Part shown: positions 1-14,400 of the stretch, piece by piece | Numbering within the stretch: position 1 is the first letter of the stretch | Layout of the letters: every line of letters begins with the position of its first letter | NCBI GenBank assembly: GCA_965203295.1 | Contig: CBDBCZ010000019.1 | Coordinates: forward strand, 320,001 to 384,000 | Reading direction: 5' to 3' | DNA length: 64,000 bases | From: Nitrospirales bacterium | GTDB taxonomy: Bacteria; Nitrospirota; Nitrospiria; Nitrospirales; UBA8639 | Position numbers and translations under genes: made by a program | Notes under the pieces: generated by a model | What the model saw: the letters and a program-made list of their open reading frames with translations, nothing else | Databases searched by the model: none | What the model was told of the DNA's origin: nothing

Positions 1-1099
1 GGACTCTGAATCGGATTCCAGTTCCTCTCCTGTACGAAAGAAGAGAAAGAAAAAGCATCCAAAGGACAAAGAGAAACACAAACGAAAGAAGGCAGCTGTT
101 AAGCGCAAGGCCACCAAGTCTTCTATTCACAAGAAGAAGGGTAGACAAAAGGTCAGGGACTCAAGAAAGACTAAGAAGAAGAAAGAGACTCAGAAGAGAC
201 CAAAAGAACTAGAACCAGGAGTTGAACTTCCAGGCACCTCTACGGCTGCATTGCCTGGAAAAGAAACTGGTGACAAAGGAAAAGGTATGAAATTATATAG
301 CTACATAGCTATTCTTCTTACTCACTATTAATCATAGTCTTGATGAAAAATTTCTGCAGGCACAAAATTAGCAATCGCAGGAGGCACTGCCAAGTGAGTA
401 TCCGATTTCCAGGTAGTACAGCAAACTTCTGGACTAATAAAAATCATTGTGAAGGTTTACAGTGGAACACCTCCATTGTGGACACCTTGGGGACCTGGTG
501 AATTGTTCTAAATACAAAGGTGTCCTTATTTCAGGGGTGTCCTTTAAGAGGGGTTCCACTGTATTGGGACTATTCCACTGATAAATAAGCGGGCAAGTTT
601 GCTTATTCTACATGTATCAAAAGGAATCCTTTTATCAAAGGAATTGATTAAGGTCACAGATAAGTGTCATTGTCATGGAGATATATCCTCCACTGCTGTG
701 TTCTCTGCCCTAAAGGAGGCGTGGCCCCATGACCCGGGAGGAGTACGAGAAGCAGCAGAGTGTAGTGAGGCGTGTGTTTGACCCTGACACAGGGAGACAC
801 AGGTCGACTAGCCTTGTCCCCAGCCCTTCCCATTTTCAGCTGTAGAGAGTCTTTCTTCAAAACCTTTCTTATATGTGTCTGCAGGTTGGTGAAAGGTGAT
901 GGTGAGATAATCGAGGAGATTGTCAGCAGAGAGCGACAAAAGGCCATTAATAAGGTAAACTAACCGAATGATTGAGCTACAAATCACCATAAGATCAAGG
1001 AAAGGTTGCTTCAGGTGACTTTTCTTGGCTATCCTTACTCAGCAAGCTACTTTTGGAGATGGCGCTTCATTTCAGGCTGGCATGGCAAGACTGCTTTGA
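1..1099 (+). CDS. ARL6IP4: ARL6IP4/SR-25 family protein, 3' part, spliced (exons <1-284, 360-393, 716-802, 885-954, 1043-1099)
   Basis: Manual splicing at GT-AG sites with matching phases gives a Ser/Lys-rich region followed by [67 protein letters not shown], matching the conserved SR-25/ARL6IP4 C-terminus. Confidence 0.88.
460..561. mobile_element. Tc1/mariner/pogo-type MITE in an ARL6IP4 intron
   Basis: TA-CAGTGGAAC...GTTCCACTG-TA terminal inverted repeats with TA target duplication. Confidence 0.75.
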
Positions 1100-1182
1100 A
1101 TTTCAGATGTATAACAAATTTAGTTATTTTTTTTATTGATGCGAAATATGATTACATGTATTGTTGCATCTATGTATGTATA

Positions 1183-1257
1183 AGCCTCATTCCCAGGCCA
1201 TGCAAGTTGGCCATGCAAGTTGCATGGCCAACTTGCACGGCCTGGAAACAAGGTTAT
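1183..1257. repeat. Short palindromic MITE-like element (AGCCTCATTCCCAGGCC...GGCCTGGAAACAAGGTT)
   Basis: Nearly the whole element is an inverted repeat; a shorter relative lies at about 4054-4079 (TAGCCTCATTTCC...GGAATGAGACTA). Confidence 0.65.
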
Positions 1258-1264
1258 GTATGTA

Positions 1265-1586
<322 letters not shown>

Positions 1587-2131
1587 TTAGCACTGTTGTG
1601 TTTGGTAAGGTATGTGTTCATGAACACCCCACTGCAGCTGTTGATGACCACCACTTGCGCTTGTGAGAGAAAGCATAAGTACACATTAACTGGACCACTA
1701 GCTAGCTATCTTATGCCTACAAACATTTATGGGAATAATTACCATGTGGCAATCTGTTTAGTGAGCTTAAAAATGCAACTACGTGTAGCACATTGCAAGA
1801 ATAGTTAAAACCTGGCAATGAACATGAAGTGATCTGGGCGAGATTTATCAGTTTTGATAACAAGGTCTGTACTCCCAAGGTTCCAAATGATGTACATATT
1901 GCCTCCAATACGTGTAGTATACAAAACATCTGCAGACTTCATGATGTGCAGAAACAACCTCATTTCATACAAATTACTGCTACTAAAATGGGCAGACACA
2001 TTGTAGCATCATCATCAGGTCCCCTTTCTACAGCTAGACTACATGGAAGTTGCATTTGGAGTATCACAATAGAAAAAATTCTTCAAGGGTGGATACAACC
2101 TCTAATGTTTCTATATAGCATACACAACTGA

Positions 2132-2436
2132 GTCAAACAATCAAAGGGTACATGTATAGAAAATTACAAAAAAGTAGTCTAGTACTACTGAAACAAGTAC
2201 ATGTCAATATTGGTCAGGGGAGTACATACATTGTATATTCAGGGTGAAAAGTATACTATATGCGCACAGTGACAACTAAAACTATGCTAAGTCAAACAAT
2301 CAAAGGGTATAATATAGGAAATTACAAAAACGTAATCTAATACTACTGAACAAGTACATGTCGATATTGGTCAGGGAAGTAAATGCAGGGTGAAAAGTAT
2401 ACTATATGCGCACAGTGACAACTAAAACTATGCTAA
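2132..2436. repeat. Tandem duplication of a ~150-bp unit (2132-2290, 2291-2436) in the 3' region of the RNF213-like gene
   Basis: Both units run from GTCAAACAATCAAAGGGTA to GCGCACAGTGACAACTAAAACTATGCTAA. Confidence 0.92.
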
Positions 2437-2460
2437 GTTATCAACTACACAGGCCTATAC

Positions 2461-5400
2461 TTATTGGCGGAATTTTGACCGCAACTGTTTCTTAAAGTTT
2501 GTTAAGATCTTGATACAATGAAATTCATTTGGGACTGCAAGTTCTTTCAGCGTTTCCTTTGTACAACTAAACAAGATAGATCCATCAATTTCCTCTTCCT
2601 CAAAGCGTGCTGCATATTGCTCTAACTTTGGATCAGCCTTCAAAAGCTTGACGATATCTGCAACTGAGAACTGCTCGGCTATTTCTTCAAGCTGTTCTTG
2701 ACTCGCAGGAGTACCTGTAGCACACATAAAAAATGTTTTGACTCGTGCTAACTAATTACCCCGTTCACCATGGATGGTTAGTTGTCTGGACAAAACTGCT
2801 TAAGGTGCATGGTGTTCCACCCAAAGATTTTTTTGGACGTTGATTCCCAGAAAGTCGTTGGGGGTATGAAGCTGAAAATGCAACCCAGCAATCTTCTCAA
2901 TGAGTTCTCTTCAATGAACACCTTTTTGAAACATACAGGGTAAATTTAACTTACCAACTTTTTTCCTTGACGATTTTCTGGGAATAAACATCCAAAAAAT
3001 CTTTGGGTGGGACACTACCTTAATGGAATTGAATTGAGGTATGCATGAACTGTCTGAATGCTCATCTCAAAGCCTAATAGTTTATAGCCCTGACTGGGCT
3101 TTAATATTTTGTGTTCTCTCTATATTGTCGTTATCAGAAAACACTAACCGTTTAAGTGGGAATTAGTTTCTGTTATTGAAGACTAGTCATGAATAGATTC
3201 AAATTTGTTGAGGGAGACCATCTATAGATAGGCTTAAATGACAATACCATAGGTGTATTTGTGGGACAAGACAGCTATTCTTTGCTGGTCTTGAAATGAT
3301 CCCGGGAACAAGCCTAGGTATGTTGAGAACACTATGACAGGGCCAATGTTGCTATCTCCTTACTCAGTGGCTGATGTGGTACATCTGGCTCGGGTTCTTT
3401 CTCTTCCTCTTCAGTAGGAGCAGGTGGCAATAACATCTTTTCCTTTTCCTTTTCTTTCCCATCTTCGCTCTGGTATCCATACAGACCATACTCACCAGCA
3501 CCAGGGTCGAACTGAAACGTGTGATCACTGTAATCGTATGTCTCAGCAACATCCCACAGGTGCTTCAACTTTGTTGTCCACAGATCTACTACTTGCTCTA
3601 CCCACGGCTTTCCTTGGTCTTCCTGTCTGTGATCTTGTAAGTCAACCATTTTACTGCAAGATCGCCATGAAGATATAATTGTAGCATTCAGGGATAAACA
3701 CTTTGAGCTCCACTTACCGTCTTAGCATTATCCGAAGCCGTACGTAATGTTGGCAAAGAACTGTGTCAGGAATCAATTCAGGTTTTTCAACCTTTTTATC
3801 TTCATTTAAAACGACCATAATTGGTCTCTAAACAATCAGAAAAAAATAACGGTTATAATAAACACCTATAATTAATTAGTACGAGACTTATGACACTGTA
3901 CTATCTGTACCTTCATATTTTTAGCAATTGTCTTTTTCAGGTGTGATTCTGACTTGACTAGATTGTCAGTGAGTAGCTGTATCTCTTGCAGTAGTTCACT
4001 GGGAGTACCTACAAAATGACTTCCAGTTATTTTGTGACAGTGAAACTTAGCTATAGCCTCATTTCCAGGAATGAGACTAAAAACATGGCCATGAAGTCTA
4101 CTGTACTAGTGGGCATATCCATTAGACTAATACTATATCTTGTGTAACATAGGGGAGGATTGCACACCTTCATAGGTTGTGTCAAGCTTGTCTAGAGCTT
4201 CTTCATCCTCTGGTTCTAAACGCTTCTTCATGACATATGGGAGTTGATGGAAATCATACATGCCGTCTTTCACCCAGTTTACAAACAGCTTCAAAGTGGA
4301 GTAGAGATATGAAAGCTTCAGTGCCTGTAGACAGGCCAGCTGGGAGCGAGAAAGACTGCAACAAAAGAGTGCAGGTGTGACATTAAATTTTTCTCAATAA
4401 TCGTTGTTTTTTATTGTTAGGAATACATTTTGCTGAAGATAACTGTTTTTTCCTCTAAGATTTACATACAATTTGAGAATAATTACATGAGCAGGACATG
4501 TTTTTATGGCAATTCACGCTATTTGAGTGCAGTTGGCATGAGCAGCCATGTGGTTCCTTGTCAATCACGTCTAATTAAATTTATTGACTAACGTTTTAAT
4601 TCCAATGTCTTCCAGTGTATCTGTTTTAGGGTCTTTAAAAACTAAGAGCAAAAATTCTGGTAGTTCCTTTGACTTGAGTTCAGCTTCATTCACAATCAGT
4701 TCCCTCTGTAAAACATGATATAGAGCATACTAATGACTTGTAATGAACACTAGCCTAGTTGTTAGTCAGTCCTCATACCTTGAGATGCTCGGTTGCAACT
4801 CTCAGCCCTCTCACAACTTCAGCCAACAACTGGTAGTCAGCTGAGTGGAACTCATACAGTAGTTGGCTTGCATATTCTTCTTCCAATGGGAGCTAGAGTT
4901 ACATAGCAATTCATTAGCCTTGCTCCTAGGCCTCCACTCAGCTTTGCTGCAAGTAACAAAGCTAAGTGCTTGGAGTCCTAAAATCTTTGCTTGTCATGAA
5001 CTTTATTACAGTGGTACAGCATTAGAGAGAAAAATATCTATTGTGCTTCTGAAAAAGCCTACACACTATTATTATTTAAACACACATTACCGGAACATAA
5101 CTTTAATTATGGCTTGTTAAAGTATGTACCCTGTACCCACTATTAATGCCCATTTCTTGAGAGTTAAATGCATTTTATGAAACCACTACACTGCTTTACC
5201 ACATTCTTTACTCCTTACCAATCAAAATTTTCCTCGATAATTTTACAGAATGTTTTTACATTTAACAGCCATATATATACGTATATATCCTCAATTTTTT
5301 CTCTCTTCCCCTTGAGCACCATGCCTCACCTTAAAGCTCTCTTTGATGCCCTGTAATATGACTGAGAGGTCGAGATTTGCACCTTCCAAGGCAAAAGTGT

Positions 5401-8400
5401 TGGGCTTCTCTATTTTGAACCTGAATTGAATTCTATCTCCTGCTGACTGGAGAATGAGAGGTTTCCCAGCTAAGTAGGATTGTATCACATCGATCTGTAG
5501 TCGATGCAGGTCAAAGAGACATGCTCCACTCGGCTGCTCTGCAGGCTGCAAGTAGCGACTGCGCACTAACTGTAGCTGCTCTTTGACTTCATGATCTCTG
5601 TTAATATAATAAAGTACATGCATTAACAATAAGAAACACTAGCTTCAATTTTACTCACTTTGGTGATTGCCAAGGTATTATCATAACATTGTTATTCACT
5701 TCAGTTGTATACACATTTTCTTTCAACTTTTCTGGGAAGTATTTTCTTAGATTAGAGTGCTCAGCAGAGTCGACTGCATCGAACACTCTCTGAAGAAAGC
5801 TGTTGTGAAAATTAATCTGTTCAAAAAAGAAATAAAATTATATGACATTAGCTGTCCACAGCTTTTTAAAAATAATATCATGGCCCTTACAATATCATTG
5901 ATTATAAGGTACAGCAAATCACGGCCCTCCCACTGTTCATCATCATCAGTCTTGGCAGAAAGGAAGTCGATAAACTTAGTAGAATTTCTGACACCTGTAC
6001 CAATATCTGCTTCACTGTAATACCCTACGACTTCAACATATGAGTTATAGCCATCTGGAAATTTAAGATGGAATGCTGGTTAATAAATTCTCTACTGGTT
6101 GTGTTTTGTATTCACTTACCTCTAACTCTTGTATACAATTGGACAAGTTCAAGGCCTCCATACTTCTCAATTACATCTTCAATTGTATCATCTCTAGCAT
6201 CCTCATAGGTAACCAGATAGGCCAATTCATTGTGAATCCAATGATACAGTTCCAGTAAGTCAGGCAGCAAGGATCCTGCAGCCTGTAGACGGCGATGCTC
6301 CAAGGCAAATATAGAGAGCACATAAAATTTATTCTGTACAGAATTGATATCTACTGATGAAAGCATTGTGTGGGTGAACTCATCCATTGTGGGGAAATGG
6401 GGGTAGTAAGTCTCTAGACAGCTGCATTATGAGAGATAAATATGCATAATTACACCAACCGATGCATAGCTAAAAAAAGTCTACCTTATGTTGTGGAACA
6501 ACTTGATTTCATGCAGGTGGCAATGCTCAGCAAACTATATGAGTGAGATGAGAATTAAACAATATAATAGCAATAGTGTATAGTCTGACTACCTTGCTGT
6601 GAATGTTCTGTAGGGACTGTTCAAAGATTTGTTTATGCCAAATTCTCTCGTAGGCATCGAGTTCTCCAGAAGTTTCAAATCTTCCCTTTTGCAGCAGGGT
6701 TGGCTGGGTGACGCTAATCTGTAAGAAAGATGTAAGATTCAAGAGTATCTATGAATCTGAGGTTTGCAACTGTATGTACATACCTCCAATAGTCTTTCCA
6801 TGCACTGCATTATGAAGAAAGACTGCTCTTTTGGAGACAGGCTGAGCTTGTTGCCCAAATGATGCCACACGTTACGAAGCTGCCCCACACAGTAGCGGTG
6901 GACATCTTGCCTAGGTGATATAATGGGTCCCCTGATCTTCTCCAGAGCATCAGGCTGAGTCACCAGGGCCATGTAGAAAGCAGTGAAGTTGGTCCACAGA
7001 ATGAAATAGAGGGAGTGGAGGCTAAGAGTGCCTCTGGTGGCATGGGGGAGGTAGTCCGGCCGGCCATACATGCCATCTCTGGAAAGTTCCACACCACAGT
7101 CATAGAGACAATTCTCAGAAATCTTGTCTGGATACTGTAATATGGTACAGCAGTATATCAGTATCGTAGTATTATGAATGATAAATGAATGCAATGTACA
7201 GTTCCCGCTGACCATGAATCCGGTCATGTATGATCCAGAAAGGGCATCTGCAGCAAACATGTGGTACCACAGGTGACTGGAACGTGGTTCACAGGCCAGT
7301 ACAATGGCAACAGTGTTGGCCATTGCATGACAGAGCTCAGTATCTATATTTTGTGGGAGAAAGAAATAGTGTGTGATGATACATAGATATGACCACATAG
7401 GTCTTATACGATAGCAGTTACTGACCTTGTACGTTTTGGACTCTTGGAGCACTTTCATCAAAAATTAGTGAGGTTTCAGGAGGAAGTACCATATAATCTG
7501 GGTAGATGAAGCTTTCCAGGAGCCCAATAAAGCCAGGCTCAAGAACACCTCTCAGTTTATCACTTAGGGTATCTGCTAATGACTTGGACTTAAGCTACAG
7601 ATGGAGAGTATGAAATGAACATATCTACAGGACAGTGAAAATGACTATGTACTAACTAGACCTGCACCTTTTTGACATAGAAGTCATTGTATACGCATAG
7701 CCATAGCAGCATCCTGAAAGCATTCTTTTCACCAATCTCAAGGGCATTACCATAGGAAGTAGTGAACTTCATTTTGTGTTCACTGCTGTAGCTGTTTAAA
7801 AGAACATTAAATTGCACATTCTATAAATTGTGCGTATTACATACTATATCTAGTATCTACATGAAACATGGCTTAAAAGTAGTTTCATTTTGCTACAAAC
7901 CTTTCTTTTGCCAGCTTGATTAGTGCATCCACACTGTCCTGATTTTCCTCATTTTTACTGACATTCATCATAGTGTGGCATATTCTCTTGTAAAAGCAAG
8001 CAAGATCACCATCGTCATTTAGGAAGGGAAAAAGATGAACCTCACATTTTGGTTGGCTCTCCGACTGGGAATGAAAGAAATCTTTAGTTACAATAATAAT
8101 GGTAGATATTGAAATATATTGTGTGTATCCTAGCATCATTCCTAGACTCTGACTGTATGATTTAGGAAAGAAGCTATAGTGTGTACCGGAACAAGTGTTT
8201 GCAGAGGCTTCATAGAACTGAAATCCTTCACCAGTGTGCTAGCATCATCACCGAGCAGCCGAATGAGTTCCCAGGGATCCATCAATTGTCCTTGTAAATG
8301 CATAGCAAACACAAGTGCATGCCAACTGACACAAGTACGGTTTCCATTTCCACCCATTGACTCATCAGTGAATAGTGGGTTCACTCTTTCATTGAGTTTT

Positions 8401-11400
8401 GTATTGAAGAGCTAAATGGGAGTAATGTCTGTCAATATATATTAGTATCCCGCATGCTGTGTACAATACACTTACACTATGGAGCTTGCTTGGATCTTTA
8501 GGGTCAAAAAATGCGGACACCTCATAAATAAGCATCTGAACAACCGCTTGCTTTTCAATGAAGAGTAATATCTTTTCATGATTTTGGGTTGAGTCTTTCT
8601 GAAGGAACTATTAAAAGGCACATCAAAGTTAGTCTCAATGCTAAATTTTTATTTTGTGATCACCTACCCCAGTTATCTTTCTTTCAAGTCTGGCTAAATG
8701 GGTGGGTTGGTATTTCCTGGTCTGAATACGTTCAAATACTGTCAGGAAGTACAAATGAGCCAAAGGCTGTTGCATCATGGCATTCTGTGGAAGGAAAGCA
8801 GTGAGCTCTGAGAATTTCCATATTATTGCATCATAATGAACAACTGTACTTCCCAACTGTACTGACCTTGGATGATTCACAAGATTGAACGTCCACCTTT
8901 TCTTTAAGCTGGTAGAATGTGGGGATGTAGGGACCAGGACAGCCGAGATCACTCTGAGCAGCAAGCACCAGGCCAACCATTTCACGGTACTGGAGATATA
9001 ATGTATTGTGACTATATCACAATGCAGCTACTTGCCTGTGTCAGTGCATATATATCCGCAGCTAACCTTAGCGTTCAGAGGAAAGAGTTCAAGGTGACTG
9101 GGTTTGGTACCACTTTGAGTCTATATAGTGAAATAGAAATTGTGACACACACAGTGGATGAAATGCAATTGATGATGTTTACCTGAGAGCTTGGGCCATG
9201 CTCTGGTTCTCCAGATCCAAGTATCCTAGCTAGATACAACTTGAGCATACTCATAGACAAACACTTGTCTATAGATAAAGTACTGTGCTGTTTGTTAGCC
9301 AGTTCAAGATAATATTTGCAATCCTCTTTGTGAAACGTACCACGATGTTTCGAGAAGAACAATGAGAGTATCCCCTCCACAAAGGACTGCAAACAGCAGC
9401 CCTCTTCACCTTGCTGGACACTTGAAGCATCCTTCATTGTTTGTAAGCCTGTAGTCACAACTTCACGCAAATCTATACACTATAGTGACAAGAATACATT
9501 AATATGATACATAAACAATGAATCTGAAGTCAATTACTGATACCTGTGCACTCTGTTTGGAATGTAAAGCAGTGAAAACTTGGTATCCTTTCTGTGGTGA
9601 TAAATCTGAATAGCACTCCATCACTAGGTAGGTAGCATGCATTATACTCAGTTTTGTCTCAGGCAGAGAGGCAATGTTGCTCATAACATTTTCTACCATA
9701 GCAGGCACAGACATCTATAAGAAAAGGAAATGAAGTTTTGACACAATGCACATACATATTACTGTGGAAGACAAAACAAATAGAGAACTTACAATGTCAC
9801 GATAGCTTCTGTACCAACAGTCAATACTTTCACTTGCAGCTGCATCGGTACTGGAAATGAAGTCAAACAGCATTGTGACAATAAAGCTTCCTAGGGTTGG
9901 ACTGGCAGATGTAACATTCTCATGTTCCATGAATGTACCAGAGGTTAACATGGAAGAAGGAGTGATACTGCTTGGAGAGAATGTTGCCATTTCTTTTCCT
10001 ACCCTTTCTATCTGGCTTAAAATGCTGGAGATTCTTGTGAGATCCAAATGGTGCACATGGAAGCAAACGTGGAGTGATATCATCTGAGAGAGGGCATTAG
10101 TACACATGGGTTTTAGTGGACTAATGTAGGCATCAATTATCTCCCTAGTTAGGGGTGAAGGTTCAGAATCAAGGTCAAGTTTATAAGTAATAAAGTCATC
10201 GAAATACTGCCTCCAGAGTGTGTCCCCCTGCTCATCATCCATTGCCTTAACGGCCACTCCCAGGCAACCTTGCAGATGGTCCTGGAAAAAAGAAAGCACT
10301 GTAATCATAGGAATGAACACTATAGTTATTCTTCAGCATGCACACCACACACCTTCTGTAACCGTGCCATCACAACTTCCATATACAATGTTTCCAACTT
10401 GTGCTTAGTTTTTATTTGTGCTGTGTGCAAAGAGGCACTTCGCTCCTTGAAATTAAATTGTTGGTGGACATATTCTTTACTTTCATCAATCATTTTGTCT
10501 AATATTTCACACACATACTTAAAGAATGGAAATTTGCAAAAACACCTGGTCTTCTTGCGCTCCTGCCGAGGTCCAAGTGTAGCACTTAGATTCTTAAGTT
10601 GTGCTAGTTCAGGAACCCTAATCTCTCTGAGAAGAGTTAAGAATAGCTGGTCTTGACATACAACAGAATCATCCTTTTCATCAATGTCAATAATGTGATC
10701 TTCACTTATTCTGGTGAACATATACACCAGAAAATCAAAAAATGCAGCTCTCACAATACTCTGAATGGAGTCAGTGATATTTAGTGTGGAATCTTGGGCA
10801 TACATTGACCTTGAAACCTGATCTATCTGCTGTACCATTAACTTGGGGGTCCAATACTTACAAAACTTTGTAGTAAGTATTTGGGCTATACTCTCTCTTC
10901 CTTCACCATCATCAGAGCATTTACCTTCCCCGGTATTCATATTGAAAAACTTTTGAAGCACTCCTGTTCTCTGAGAAGCATTCAATTCGAAAGTACTTCC
11001 ATTATTTTTAGAAGTGAAAGCAACTCGAGATGTAATTATAGGAATTGCTTCTGGAAGTAGCCCATTAAGTGCTTCTAGCATTCGGCCATCCTCGTCTTCA
11101 TGATCTGATTGGGAGTCTGGAAAGCAACAGTGGTAAAAAGAGTTTTTGATGTCAACAACGGATTTGACACCCTCTCTAGTAAGAGTGCCACATGCTATGG
11201 CATCGAGGTAATGGTGGCTCCACCCTTGTAAGAAGATGGATGGATAACATTGGTTAAAGAACATCAATGGAGGAAAGTGTAGCAGCAGCACAAACAGCTT
11301 GCTTTTATTCTCCATTTTACTCTCTGCTTCTTCAATCATAATTCTGAGGTGGTTCACCATTCTTTTGGTCAATTCTTGCATATTTGCAATCAATAGAAGC

Positions 11401-14400
11401 ACCTGACGCTTTGAAGTGCCAAATGAAAACAAATATTTTTCAAGCTGGTTTTGTGAATGTCCTAAAGTCACTTTGCATACAGTTAACAAGTCCAGGTTAG
11501 TAAAAATGTTTTCTCTGACAAGACTTTCTGCATACTCAGTGACAGCTTTTGTAGCAGTAGCTGGATATTCAATAGGAAGCTGATGAATGAGTGCTGATGA
11601 GCGTGTAAAGCAGAGGAGTTTGGTTGGGCACACTGATCTGTCCCTGCATGTACAGGTGAATGGTAATTTGTTATACAGCAATATAAACATCTATCAATAT
11701 GAACTAACCAGTCATTCCCCTGCAACTGCTCTAGCTGTTGATCAATTAGCTCCTTCAAACTAAAATGCTCTTGAAACTTCAGGTAGTTCCTGATGTACAT
11801 AGTTGGAATACCACCACAGTGGACAGGAATAGCTTCAGGAGGTACCAGTTGCATCACTTTTTTGCAAAGGTAGCTCACAAACCACTGCATCAGGACAGCA
11901 ATTACAATCAGAGCATCGGTGTGAACTTGAAAATTGGTAGTTTGGTGAAGAAGATCTAGGGCTTCGTCAATTACTGCCGCTATGTTCTCGTGAGTTATGC
12001 CTTCCAATGATCTCTTAAACTCTGAGTTCTGCATGACCATTTCAAAGATATAAATAGCATCTTCTTCCACTTCTGCTGCTAAGAGCTGTGGGAACAATGA
12101 ATACGTGAAAGAATACAAAATATTAATAATACAGCCGACTTACTTTTGGTATGTGAAAACCTGCATTCTCTCGAAGCATTTTCAGCAAGAGTTTCAGGAA
12201 AAATGTACAGATCTGCTCTGATTCATCACAAATGTTTTGTTGGTCTTGCAACGGTATGTATTCATGATCAGTGGGTGGCAGTAGTGTAAGCAGTAAGGAA
12301 TCAAGAGTCTCTTCAGTGCACCCATACAGAATGGGCTGCTTTATACAGGAAATAAACTCAGCAGCCTGTGCAAAAATGTGAAATGACTGAAGACACCTCT
12401 ATTGCATAATAACTTTATTCTCACCTTTTCATATGCTGCTTCCAGTAGAATTCTGAGGTTTGGATGCATTTTGCTGAGAACAGTTTCCAGTAGGCTATGA
12501 TGTGTGAGGTAGTACTTCTCAAAGCGATTAAGGAATGGGGGTGGCGTGTCTTCAACCTCTGATTTTTTAATGACAACTATACACTGGAAAGCTGGGTTCA
12601 CACGACAGAGCTTGGAATGAGCACCAATGGCAATGTTTGTGTAGAATCTGGTTCCATGTTTCGGGTCTTTAATGCTGCTAAATCGTTGATTGAAGAGGTC
12701 ATAAAAGCTCTCGTGTATTTCATCTGTCTGGCACATTAGTACAGTATGGCCAGCTGCAACTGAACTCATAATTTGTACAACAGTATTGACCTGGAAAAGA
12801 ACAGTGTACAACATAAACACTTATTTTTATATTTATTCAAGTGTTGCTTTACCCTTGATTGAGAATCTCCTGTAAAGTCGCTACAAATAAAGAGTCGCGT
12901 GTCTTTTCTTCGTAGTACTCCATAAGTGAACAGAAGCCTAACCAAAGAGTCATCTTCACTCGGGTCAATGATCAGCTTGTAACGAACTTCACTTTGGATG
13001 TTCTTGTGGACATCATCCTCCTCAGATATTGTATGCTCTCCTTGACTGTCTTTTAGGATGTCAAGAATACTTTGAAAGCGAATTCTTTCCTTTGAAATAC
13101 TTGCAGGAACCTGATAAAGATATAGGTGTTAAAAGGCATTTTACCCAAGATTACATTTACAGACCACAAGTACATACCTTTTCAAAGAAAATTTTGAGGA
13201 TATCCTCAAAATTCTCACCCCCATTGAAGTTTCTTTCTAAAGCTTCTGCAATAATCTGTGCATTTAAACGGTATTTACGATTGCATCGTAAGTATACGAC
13301 AAAATGAATAAAGTCTCGTAAGCCAAACAGTTTTTGTAGTTTCTCGTGGTGAACTACAGCAATATATGACTCACAGAAGTGACTTAATAGTTTTTCTTCA
13401 CTCATTGAAGCTACTTGTTCTCTTGGGAAAATGCTTGCTTTTGCCAGCTGATGCAATTCTTGGTATGTTGGTTTAGGCCTGAAGAGGCTGACTGCCCGAT
13501 TGGTTTTAGAAGTGTCAAGAATATGATTGCTGATAGCTACAAAGGAAACCTCTGGCTTGTCCAGGTAGTAGTGTAAAACTTTTAGCGATTCAAGCTTTTC
13601 TTCTGGAAGGCCAGCTTCATCCATGAATACAACACACCGAATAGGCAAACGACTTTTTGCGACACTGTGCTGGCGGGTGATAGCTTTTTTAAAGGTCTTC
13701 TCAACTTCTGTTGATGTGGTTCGACGAGAACACTGGTAGAAATGTGGATCTAGAGACTGGAAAATATCTGTGTGGCGGTAGATCTCTTTTTTAGATGCTT
13801 TTCCTTTCAGGTTTGCAGCAACAATGTTGAATGATAGAGTTTTGGAGGAACCAGGATCACCCACAATGATCAACGAGGTACGAGTCATAGTGCATGCAAT
13901 AGTAGCAAACACATTTTCCATCAGTGCTTCAGTTTTGGCAATATTGGGAGGAAGTTCAACCGCATTAATGTACCACCTCAGCTCATCCTTATAGGCCTTA
14001 GAGAATGTTACATCACTTTGCAGTTGGTCATATTTATCCAAAAAGAGCCAATACTTCGAACGATACTTGGAGTTAAGCCGCATAAAGTACACTATTCCAA
14101 GTGATACTAATACGGCACGGCGATGATACTTCTCTCGTGGCTCATTATGTGGATTGAATCTGACATATGTTTTCATAAGCCACTGGTAAAATATGAAAAC
14201 TCTTTGAATATCCCTCTGGCTGACAGAACTCTTTGCACAACACTTAAGCTGATCGGCACTTGCTGGGATATCTAATGACTGAAGTTGTTCCAAAGCATAG
14301 TCTCGCATTTTCTGCTGGCTTTCTACTATGACAGCAGAAAGGCTAGATACGATATCATCTTGTCGAGACAATGACTGCTGACTAAGCATTTTCAATTTTG

